NCBI GenBank assembly: GCA_045596705.1
Contig: JAZOCW010000032.1
Span: forward strand, 629-64,628
Direction of reading: 5' to 3'
From: Acutalibacteraceae bacterium
GTDB lineage: Bacteria; Bacillota; Clostridia; Oscillospirales; Acutalibacteraceae
Length of the DNA stretch: 64,000 bases
Under the pieces are notes generated by a model, which saw nothing but the letters and a program-made list of their open reading frames with translations, ran no database searches and was not told where the DNA came from. Position 1 is the first letter of the stretch; every line of letters begins with the position of its first letter. Positions 35,951 to 43,524 of this stretch are shown in pieces. A program made the position numbers and the translations under genes.

Positions 35951-36690
35951 TGCTTTTATATATAATCCGCCACGGCGATCCGATATACGATCCCGACAGT
36001 CTTACCGAGCTTGGTCACAAGCAAGCCCGGGCGCTCGCGCCGAGACTGGCACCGCTCGGCTTTGACAAAATATATGTTTCGCCCATGATACGCGCAAAAC
36101 AAACCGCCGAGCCCACCTGTAAAGCACTGGGAATAGAGCCTGAGGTAAAAGATTTTCTTTCGGAAAACGACCTTTTTTCAAAAATGTCTATGATGCTGCC
36201 ACCCGACACCCCTAATTTTGAAGGGAAACCTGTCGAGCGTCTTCGTTGGTGCTTTCACCAACAGATAACCAATTTCCGAACAGCCGAGAGCTACCATATG
36301 ACCGACAACTGGCATACCCTGCCCGCCTTTAGTGAGTGCAAGACCTTAAAGCCGGCATATGATGAATTTATAAAGGGCTCGGACGCACTTTTGAGCGAGC
36401 TCGGCTATGTTAACGAGGGCGACCACTACCGTATAACGAATCCAAAATACGAACGCGTAGCGGTATTCTGCCATCAGGGTGTGGGACTTACCTGGATATC
36501 CCATATGCTTCACCTGCCTCCGCACATAATTTGGGGCAGCTTTGACATTACCCACAGCGGTATATCGGTTTTAGAGTTTAAAAACTACAAAAACGGAATA
36601 ACTCTGCCGCTGTGTCTCTGTCTCTCGGACACATCACATCTTTTCCACGCCGACCTGCCGCTGAAATATCAAGGCATTATGCCGTTTTAA
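35950..36690 (+). CDS. histidine phosphatase (phosphoglycerate-mutase-like) family protein
   Basis: The RHG motif is LYIIRHGDP. The ATG overlaps the previous stop. Confidence 0.8.
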   Translation: MLLYIIRHGDPIYDPDSLTELGHKQARALAPRLAPLGFDKIYVSPMIRAKQTAEPTCKALGIEPEVKDFLSENDLFSKMSMMLPPDTPNFEGKPVERLRWCFHQQITNFRTAESYHMTDNWHTLPAFSECKTLKPAYDEFIKGSDALLSELGYVNEGDHYRITNPKYERVAVFCHQGVGLTWISHMLHLPPHIIWGSFDITHSGISVLEFKNYKNGITLPLCLCLSDTSHLFHADLPLKYQGIMPF

Positions 36691-36775
36691 AAAATATCCA
36701 CGTATGAGGGGGGATTTCATTTTCGGGCACAGCCTAAACGATACCGTCTACACGTAAACGGTTTTCTATAGAAAG

Positions 36776-36911
36776 CCTTCCTCCGGGAGGAAGGTGGCAA
36801 AACCGCAGGTTTTGACGGAAGGAGAAAGCGCTTCTAATATAAATTTTCTGTTTTTCCTTTCTCCCTCAGTCTTTTTGCTTCGCAAAAATCCAGCTCCCTC
36901 CCGGAGGGAGC
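36776..36911. repeat. nested palindrome: two ~55-nt inverted arms, each containing two short hairpins
   Basis: The hairpins are at 36776-36794, 36798-36814, 36872-36888 and 36893-36911. The left arm 36776-36830 resembles the reverse complement of the right arm 36856-36911. Confidence 0.7.
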
Positions 36912-37078
36912 CTTTTTTACGCGCACCTTTTCACGTGGTTTTCTTGATACAATCATGACTACCGGCCGTGCCGGTAGTATGCACTGCCCCCTTAGGGCAC
37001 AAGACCGGCTGAGCCTATAGGCTCGTCGAAAGGTTTGCCAACCGCAACTCTTTCACCGGCCGCCCCTAAAGGGGCTTT

Positions 37079-37555
37079 TTATTTGCCTTCTTTTACCTGC
37101 TTACCCGTGAACGGGTCTATATACTCTACCAATGACATTTGATCGTAAGATATATCTTCCTGTAATTGATTTCGTATGTATTCTGCAATTGCTTTTTTAT
37201 TTCTTCCTACTGTATCTACATAATATCCTCTACACCAAAAATGCCGGTTTCCGTATTTATATTTCATGTTGGCATATTTCTCAAAAATCATTAAACTGCT
37301 TTTTCCTTTGAGATATCCCATTATTTGTGATACACTATACTTAGGCGGTATGGATACCAGCATATGTATGTGGTCTTTGCAGGCTTCTGCTTCTATTATT
37401 TCTACCTGCTTATACTCACATAATTTCCTAAGCATTATTCCTATATCTGCCTTTATCTTTCCATAGATTACTTGGCGGCGGTATTTTGGTGCAAAAACTA
37501 TGTGATATTTGCAATTCCATTTTGTGTGTGCTAAACTATCTGTGTCAAGTTTCAT
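37079..37555 (-). CDS. tnpA: IS200/IS605-family Y1 (HUH) transposase TnpA
   Basis: 158 aa. MKLDTDSLAHTKWNCKYHIVFAPKYRR carries the HUH-type HIV motif, and a second H.H is in DHIHMLVSIPP. Confidence 0.9.
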   Translation of the reverse strand: MKLDTDSLAHTKWNCKYHIVFAPKYRRQVIYGKIKADIGIMLRKLCEYKQVEIIEAEACKDHIHMLVSIPPKYSVSQIMGYLKGKSSLMIFEKYANMKYKYGNRHFWCRGYYVDTVGRNKKAIAEYIRNQLQEDISYDQMSLVEYIDPFTGKQVKEGK

Positions 37556-37563
37556 ACTTGATT

Positions 37564-37620
37564 CCTCCTTCGTCTTTTTGTTGTGGTTGGCAAACCCTCT
37601 TCTATTTTAGACGAAGGAGG
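37564..37620 (-). promoter_or_regulatory. 12-bp perfect hairpin sequestering the tnpA RBS
   Basis: cctccttcgtct at 37564-37575 pairs with agacgaaggagg at 37609-37620. On the mRNA the 3' arm contains GAAGGAGG, 8 nt before the ATG. Confidence 0.7.
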
Positions 37621-37693
37621 ATTCTTTTGCTACTCATAGCTAAAGCTTTTTGGAACTACCGGCATTGCCGGTAGTATTCGTTACACAATAAAA

Positions 37694-37721
37694 TAAAAAA
37701 ACCGCCTTTCGGCGGTTTTTT
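37694..37721 (-). terminator. intrinsic terminator overlapping the dehydrogenase stop codon
   Basis: Stem aaccgcc/ggcggtt with long flanking A and T runs. Confidence 0.8.
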
Positions 37722-38751
37722 AAAAGCATCTTTCCAATCTTTGTTTTTTACAGTGGTCTATCTTTCCGCAATGGTAACAAAGCTCATTTTTTGCGGTGCC
37801 TGAAGATTCTATTTCACATAGATTTTCTATTGTGGTTTCTGCAATGTTTTCAAGCGCTTCTTCGGTCAAAAAGGCTTGGTGAGAAGTTACTATAACATTG
37901 GGCATTGAGATAAGACGGGCAAGAATATCATCATTTATTATATGACCCGAAAAATCTTCAAAAAAGACATCTGATTCTTCTTCGTAAACATCAAGGCAGG
38001 CGGCACCTATCCGGCGTTGCTTTATACCTTCAAGCAGAGCCTCGGCATCGATCAGCGCACCGCGCGAGGTGTTTATTATTACCACACCTTTTTTTAGAGT
38101 TTTTATAGTTTCGGTATTTATCATATGCCGAGTTTCCTTGGTCAGCGGGCAGTGAAGAGAAATTATATCACTTTCTTTAAGCAGCTGCTCGAGCGAAACA
38201 TAATTAATGTCGCTGTCCGTCACAGGATATTTGTCATATGCAATAACGTTAATTCCGAAACCGCGGCAGATATCAATAAACACCCTGCCTATTTTTCCGG
38301 TACCGATAACACCTACAGTCTTGCCGTGCAGGTCAAAGCCGGTCATTCCGTTAAGACTGAAATTAAAGTCTCTTGTGCGGATATATGCCTTGTGTATACG
38401 GCGTATGGAGGTCAGCAGCATTGCCATTGCATGCTCTGCAACGGCGTAGGGAGAATATGCAGGAACATGAACAACGTGCACCTTTTTGAAGCAGTGCTTA
38501 ATATCTACATTATTATATCCTGCACAGCGAAGTGCAATAACACCTATTCCCATTTCATAAAGCTTGTCTATAACGTTGGCATTTACGGTATCGTTTACAA
38601 AAACGCAGACCCCGTCACAGCCTGCTGCCAGACCTACTGTGTCTTCATTCAGTTTGGTCTCGTAAAACTTGAAAGTAATTCCCTTTTCCTTGCTTAATTT
38701 TTCAAAAGAAGGGATATCATAAGGTTTGGTATCAAAAAAAGCAATTTTCAT
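37720..38751 (-). CDS. D-isomer-specific 2-hydroxyacid dehydrogenase (D-lactate dehydrogenase-like) with a Cys/His-rich C-terminal tail
   Basis: 343 aa with the NAD-binding motif GVIGTGKIGRVF and the R...E...H catalytic pattern (TSHQAF). The last ~20 aa are ELCYHCGKIDHCKKQRLERCF. Confidence 0.8.
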   Translation of the reverse strand: MKIAFFDTKPYDIPSFEKLSKEKGITFKFYETKLNEDTVGLAAGCDGVCVFVNDTVNANVIDKLYEMGIGVIALRCAGYNNVDIKHCFKKVHVVHVPAYSPYAVAEHAMAMLLTSIRRIHKAYIRTRDFNFSLNGMTGFDLHGKTVGVIGTGKIGRVFIDICRGFGINVIAYDKYPVTDSDINYVSLEQLLKESDIISLHCPLTKETRHMINTETIKTLKKGVVIINTSRGALIDAEALLEGIKQRRIGAACLDVYEEESDVFFEDFSGHIINDDILARLISMPNVIVTSHQAFLTEEALENIAETTIENLCEIESSGTAKNELCYHCGKIDHCKKQRLERCF

Positions 38752-38765
38752 AATTTTCTCCGGTC

Positions 38766-39080
38766 TTAGTTTTTAAGAAGATCTAAAAGTGCATTCTTAG
38801 GCTTAAAGCCGATAGAAGTTCCGACTATCTTTCCGTTTTTAAAAGCTAAAACGGTAGGAATACTTTCTATGCCGAAGGCGTTAGCGAGCTGCGGCTCATC
38901 GTCGACATTTACCTTGCCTACCTTTATTTTACCCTCGTTTTCGGAAGAAATTTCTGCAAGTGTCGGGGCGAGCATACGGCAGGGGCCGCACCAATCAGCC
39001 CAAAAATCGAGCAAAACGGGTGTTTGGGAATTGATAACTTCATTTTCAAAATTTGCCTGTGTTACGGTGATCTCAGCCAT
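38766..39080 (-). CDS. trxA: thioredoxin
   Basis: 104 aa with the WCGPC active site. Confidence 0.9.
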   Translation of the reverse strand: MAEITVTQANFENEVINSQTPVLLDFWADWCGPCRMLAPTLAEISSENEGKIKVGKVNVDDEPQLANAFGIESIPTVLAFKNGKIVGTSIGFKPKNALLDLLKN

Positions 39081-39092
39081 AATAATTCTCCT

Positions 39093-39290
39093 TTATTTTG
39101 ATTTATAGTATAGTAAGCAGTGGCAAAAGCCTTCAAAATCTGCATCCTTTATTTGTTCGCGAAATTCTTTGCACATACATTTGTTATCTTCGGTTTTTTC
39201 GCGCCTGCAGGGGCAGTATCCGCCGGATTTTTTAAGCCCCTCTTTTATAACCTTTACGATCTCTTTATCGGGGTTAAGGGTAACCTTCAT
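39093..39290 (-). CDS. ferredoxin-thioredoxin-reductase catalytic-subunit-like small protein (65 aa)
   Basis: Three CxC pairs are present as CPC-x9-CMC-x15-CHC, reminiscent of the FTR beta chain (CPC..CPC..CHC). An extended -10 TGtTATAAT and an RBS lie upstream. Confidence 0.6.
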   Translation of the reverse strand: MKVTLNPDKEIVKVIKEGLKKSGGYCPCRREKTEDNKCMCKEFREQIKDADFEGFCHCLLYYKSK

Positions 39291-39384
39291 ATTTTTATCC
39301 TCTCTTATTTTTACTACAATATATATTATAACACAAAAGTTATAAAAAAGGAAAAAATTATATTATAAAAATGATAGGTTTGCC

Positions 39385-39413
39385 TTGAATTATTAAAGCT
39401 AATATACTATAAT
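39385..39413 (+). promoter_or_regulatory. sigma-A type promoter TTGAAT-17-TATAAT
   Basis: TTGAAT at 39385-39390 and TATAAT at 39408-39413. Confidence 0.5.
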
Positions 39414-39509
39414 TATAAAAACGCGGGCGAAGGGACACACTTTATAGGGAAGTTTCGCTTAAAATGTGTCCCAAATCTGTCGCATTTTTATTTTTTGGAG
39501 GAAAAAACG

Positions 39510-40586
39510 ATGTTTAAAAGAAATTTGGCAATAATTTGTTGCCTTGTGCTGGTTTTGGCGCTGGGCGGCTGCGAAAAAAATACGACAGATAACAGCAGTT
39601 CCGATTCACTTCCCGCAGTTGTAGAGAAGGATGATTCTATTCCAAATCCTCTTACCGGACTTAAGATGGAGCCTGAGCTTGAAAACAACAAGCCTGTTGC
39701 TGTAATGATAAATAATATAAGAACTGCACAGCCGGTTCAAACCGGTCTTAACAGCTTTGATATCATATATGAGACCGAAGTTGAGGGCGGTATTACCCGA
39801 ATGATGGGTGTAACAAAGGATATTGCAAATATGCCGCAGATCGGAACCGTTCGCTCGGCAAGATATGTTTATCTTGATCTCGCACTCGGACATGACGCGC
39901 AGTATGTCCATGCAGGACTTGATGTTGTATATTTTGCTCCTTATAGAGAAAGTCTCGGCTTTAAGTCTTTTGATATCAATACCGGCGCAACCTCTGCCTA
40001 CGGATTCAGAGTTAAGAACGGTCTTGCAAGTGAACATACGATGTATACCACCGGCCAGAAGATCGACGAGGGTCTTGACAAGCTTGGATACAGCCGTACG
40101 ACTACAAAGAACGAGTGGATAAAGTTTAACGAAGAGGACAAACCTGCAACCCTCACCTCTTCCTGTGTTAAAGCTACCATACCGTTCTCTAACAGTTATA
40201 CCACCGGTTTTATTTTTGATGAGGAATCGGGCAAATACATAAAGAACTGCAACGGAACCGAGCGCACTGATTATCTGACCGGCGAAAAGCTTGCCGTTAC
40301 CAATATATTCGTTCTCTACACCCCGATGAACCACTATCCTGACGGATATCATATGAAGGTCTCGCTCAACGGCGGCACGGGATACTATATCTCCAACGGC
40401 AGCTATGAGGAGATCAAGTGGCAAAAGGGCGACGCGCACGAGCCGCTTACCTTCCTTAAGGCGGACGGAAGTGAATTTACCGCAAACGCAGGTAACAGTT
40501 ATATTTGTATAGTCAGAAACGATATGCGCTCATCGCTTACTCTTACTCCTGCGGCAACTACCGCTACAACATCGTCAGAACAATAA
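39510..40586 (+). CDS. DUF3048 (YerB-like) lipoprotein
   Basis: I chose the ATG at 39510, after GGAGGA. The lipobox is LALGGC. The family-typical motif is ...PVAVMINN...RPQ.GL..ADI.YE..VEGGITR. Confidence 0.7.
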   Translation: MFKRNLAIICCLVLVLALGGCEKNTTDNSSSDSLPAVVEKDDSIPNPLTGLKMEPELENNKPVAVMINNIRTAQPVQTGLNSFDIIYETEVEGGITRMMGVTKDIANMPQIGTVRSARYVYLDLALGHDAQYVHAGLDVVYFAPYRESLGFKSFDINTGATSAYGFRVKNGLASEHTMYTTGQKIDEGLDKLGYSRTTTKNEWIKFNEEDKPATLTSSCVKATIPFSNSYTTGFIFDEESGKYIKNCNGTERTDYLTGEKLAVTNIFVLYTPMNHYPDGYHMKVSLNGGTGYYISNGSYEEIKWQKGDAHEPLTFLKADGSEFTANAGNSYICIVRNDMRSSLTLTPAATTATTSSEQ

Positions 40587-40684
40587 TATTATTAATCGAC
40601 CTGTAACATATAATTATATTGCAGGTCGAAACGACCCGGATACGAAATATTGTATCCGGGTATATATTTGGAGGGAAAAAAAGG

Positions 40685-41269
40685 ATGCAATGGAGCTTTG
40701 TTTTCTTTTTCAACAGCATAATGCTCGGAGCGGGGCTGGCAATGGATGCCTTTTCGGTGTCAATGGCAAACGGATTGAGCGAGCCTACTATGAGCCGAAG
40801 AAAAATGTATATCGTGGCGGGGACATTCGGCGTGTTTCAGGCACTTATGCCGCTTCTCGGCTGGATATGTATACATACGATAGTTCAGTGCTTTAAGGCA
40901 TTTGAAGCCTTTATACCTTGGATAGCACTTATACTGCTTTTGTTTATCGGAGGCAAAATGCTGTTGGACGGAATCAAGAAAAAAGAGGAAAGCGGGGAGA
41001 AAACAAAACTTGGAGCAACGGCGTTGCTGTTGCAGGGTGTTGCCACCTCTATAGATGCGCTTTCGGTCGGATTTACCATTGCTGAATATGACCTGTTTAT
41101 GGCGCTTTGCTGTGCAGTAATTATTGCCGTCGTTACTTTTATGATATGTATGCTGGGTCTGCTTATAGGCAGGCGCTTCGGCACCGCACTTTCTAACAAG
41201 GCGCAGATATTCGGCGGTTTGATACTCATTTTTATAGGAATAGAAATTTTTATAACCGGAGTATTTTAA
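40685..41269 (+). CDS. mntP: manganese efflux pump MntP
   Basis: I chose the ATG at 40685. The motif is duplicated as AMDAFSVS...G / SIDALSVG... Confidence 0.8.
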   Translation: MQWSFVFFFNSIMLGAGLAMDAFSVSMANGLSEPTMSRRKMYIVAGTFGVFQALMPLLGWICIHTIVQCFKAFEAFIPWIALILLLFIGGKMLLDGIKKKEESGEKTKLGATALLLQGVATSIDALSVGFTIAEYDLFMALCCAVIIAVVTFMICMLGLLIGRRFGTALSNKAQIFGGLILIFIGIEIFITGVF

Positions 41270-41308
41270 AAAGAGAACAGACAGTGAGTATCGCTGAGTT
41301 TATTGGAG

Positions 41309-41341
41309 AAAAAACAGAGTTGTTTTGCAACTCTGTTTTTT
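41309..41341 (+). terminator. intrinsic terminator
   Basis: Stem acagagttg/caactctgt plus T6. Confidence 0.8.
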
Positions 41342-41464
41342 ATATGTGCAAAAAATTTTTTGTGTTAACAAAAAAGTGTTTAAATTTAAAAGTCTATATG
41401 CTATAATCTATCTGTATAGTTATATAATTTTATATAATACATATCTAGGTCGGGAGGTGCTGTC

Positions 41465-42787
41465 TTGAAAAAACTGAAAATTCTGCTGTGTGCGGTGCTT
41501 ATCTTCGCGCTTTCGGGAATACTTTCCGGATGCCGCCTTTTTTCCGCAAGTGAAGACCTGCTTATCCCCCCGCGACCTCAAGGAGAACTTTCGGAAATAC
41601 AGGAAAGACTGCGCGAATCATTTGGCAGTTCTATCAAGCTTAAATATCCGACCGACGGTGATTACCGTTCAGCAATAATCAGTTACGATCTGACCGGTAA
41701 CGGAGTTAATGATGCAATAGCCTTTTACAGCACCGAAAGCGATAACATTTCGGCAATGCACATTTCTGTGGTGACAAAGCGCGACGGAGAATGGGAAGCC
41801 TCAAAAGACATAGCGGTTTTGGCAAGCGGGGTCGAGCGAGTGCGGTTTGACGATCTGGACGGCGACGGAGTAAGCGAGATAATCGTAGGATGGAACATAT
41901 ACGGCAAGGTTGACAAAGAGGTTGCGGTATACAGCTTTGACGGTGAACTGCTTACCCAGCGAATAAACGAAAAATACAGCGAGTTTTTGTGTTGCGACCT
42001 TGACACAAACCAAAAGAAGGAGCTGTTTGTGCTCCACCTCAACTCGACCGACAAAAAAGCAACCGCAAAGTTGTTAGAGCTTAATGAAGGCACCGGTGCG
42101 ACCGAACTGTCATCCTGCCGATCGGACGGAAACGTTTCGGGATATTCGTCGGTGGTTGAATCAAAATTGCTTAACGGAAAGCCGGCAATATTCGTTGACG
42201 GACAAAAAGGCGGTTCTACATTGACCGAGATAATGTATCTCGAAAACGGAAGTCTTGTAAATCCGTTTTGCGATATTCAGACCTTTGTGACTACGGTCAC
42301 TGAGCGAGCATCGGGCGTTTTAGCACAGGACATAAACGGCGACGGCTCTCTCGACATACCTATGATACAGCTTCTGCCGGGGTATGAACAGGCTGCTGAA
42401 AAAGACAAACTTTACGTTACAAAGTGGTGTGCCTACGACGGTGCAAAGCTTGTAGTTACCATGACGGCGGTCATGAACTATACGGACGGGTATTACTTCA
42501 CCGTGCCGAAAGCACTTGACGGAAGAATAACGGTTGATAAAAACGTAGAATCGCGTACGCGTACAATATATTTGTACGACAGTGTTACAGCCGCACGGGT
42601 GGGCGAGCTGTTCAGGATACGCACGGTTAATATAAACAACTGGGAATCCTCCCCTGCCGACTATGCCGACTGGCAGGAGATCGCCAGCAACGAATCGGTG
42701 GTTTACGCGGTCAGGTTGGGCGACTATACAGGAGAGAGCGCTCTCACACTCGACCAGATCAAAGCAGAATTTAAGCTTATCGGATAA
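41465..42787 (+). CDS. lipoprotein with FG-GAP/VCBS-like D-x-D/N-G-D/N-G repeats
   Basis: TTG start 6 nt after GGAGGTG, with lipobox LSGILSGC. The repeats are DLTGNGVNDAI, DLDGDGVSEIIVGW and DINGDGSLDIPM. Confidence 0.6.
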   Translation: MKKLKILLCAVLIFALSGILSGCRLFSASEDLLIPPRPQGELSEIQERLRESFGSSIKLKYPTDGDYRSAIISYDLTGNGVNDAIAFYSTESDNISAMHISVVTKRDGEWEASKDIAVLASGVERVRFDDLDGDGVSEIIVGWNIYGKVDKEVAVYSFDGELLTQRINEKYSEFLCCDLDTNQKKELFVLHLNSTDKKATAKLLELNEGTGATELSSCRSDGNVSGYSSVVESKLLNGKPAIFVDGQKGGSTLTEIMYLENGSLVNPFCDIQTFVTTVTERASGVLAQDINGDGSLDIPMIQLLPGYEQAAEKDKLYVTKWCAYDGAKLVVTMTAVMNYTDGYYFTVPKALDGRITVDKNVESRTRTIYLYDSVTAARVGELFRIRTVNINNWESSPADYADWQEIASNESVVYAVRLGDYTGESALTLDQIKAEFKLIG

Positions 42788-42802
42788 GGAGTATAACAGT
42801 AA

Positions 42803-43507
42803 ATGAAAAAAATACTTATAGTAGAAGATGAAGCGGCTATACGCGGATTTGAAGCGATCAACCTTAACCGTGCGGGATATATCACGGTAGAGGCCGGATC
42901 TGCAGAAGAGGCTATAGAGATATTTGAAAGTGATGATTCTTTTGATATTGCCCTGCTCGATATCTCCCTGCCGGGAATGGACGGGTTCGACCTGTGCAGA
43001 CATCTGCGCGGTCGGTCCAATTCTCTCGGAATAATAATGCTTACTGCCCGCACACAGGAGATGGACAAGGTCAACGGACTAATGCTCGGTGCAGACGATT
43101 ATATTACAAAGCCGTTCAGCCCGAGCGAATTGCTCGCCCGTGTGGACTCACTTTACCGCCGAGTCGAGTTGCATTCAGGCGGAGCAAAGGTGCAGAACAC
43201 CGATGAGGTTCAGCTTGGCGAGTTTACCCTTAACATTCGTCGCAGGACTTTAAGTAAAAATGACAAAAACATCGAACTCACGCAGGTAGAGTTCCAAATA
43301 ATAGAATATTTCTTCCTTAATCCCGATACAGCGCTTTCCCGCAGCGATATCCTTGTTAAGGTCTGGGGCGAGGCTTATTACGGAGAGGAAAAGATCGTTG
43401 ACGTAAATATCCGCAGACTGCGTATGAAGATAGAAGAGGATCCCTCGTCGCCCAAGCATCTTGTAACGGTCTGGGGTCTTGGATACAAGTGGAACACTGT
43501 TGAATAA
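42803..43507 (+). CDS. OmpR-family response regulator
   Basis: The receiver domain has DD...D...K features (LLDISLPGMDG), followed by a winged-helix C-terminus. Confidence 0.9.
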   Translation: MKKILIVEDEAAIRGFEAINLNRAGYITVEAGSAEEAIEIFESDDSFDIALLDISLPGMDGFDLCRHLRGRSNSLGIIMLTARTQEMDKVNGLMLGADDYITKPFSPSELLARVDSLYRRVELHSGGAKVQNTDEVQLGEFTLNIRRRTLSKNDKNIELTQVEFQIIEYFFLNPDTALSRSDILVKVWGEAYYGEEKIVDVNIRRLRMKIEEDPSSPKHLVTVWGLGYKWNTVE

Positions 43508-43524
43508 AAAAGCGGAGGAAAAAG

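Larger units (their letters stand above)
36958..37675 (-). mobile_element. IS200/IS605-family insertion sequence (IS200-type, tnpA only)
   Basis: A Y1 transposase gene is flanked by near-identical sub-terminal hairpins in the same orientation. These are ACTACCGGCcgTGCCGGTAGT at 36958-36978 and ACTACCGGCatTGCCGGTAGT at 37655-37675. The exact ends were not determined. Confidence 0.8.

Noticed and set aside
39414-39509. Leader of the DUF3048 gene with overlapping stems (gcgaa/ttcgc and gggacacac/gtgtccc), considered as a riboswitch-like element.
   Set aside because: The stems are short, the T-run is displaced ~14 nt from the hairpin, and I recognise no known motif. The evidence is insufficient.
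39606-40439. Long antisense ORFs opposite well-supported genes: 39606-40439, 42320-43003, 46634-47278, 50834-51463, 29970-30491 and 38125-38697.
   Set aside because: Each lies antisense to a gene with clear family motifs and an RBS. Their translations are Arg/Cys/Ser-rich, as is typical of non-coding frames.
40587-40684. Possible yybP-ykoY manganese riboswitch upstream of mntP.
   Set aside because: The 98-nt spacer holds only two simple hairpins (40597-40628 and 40634-40661). It lacks the conserved riboswitch core as I remember it. The hairpins are more simply the terminator of the upstream gene plus a second stem-loop.
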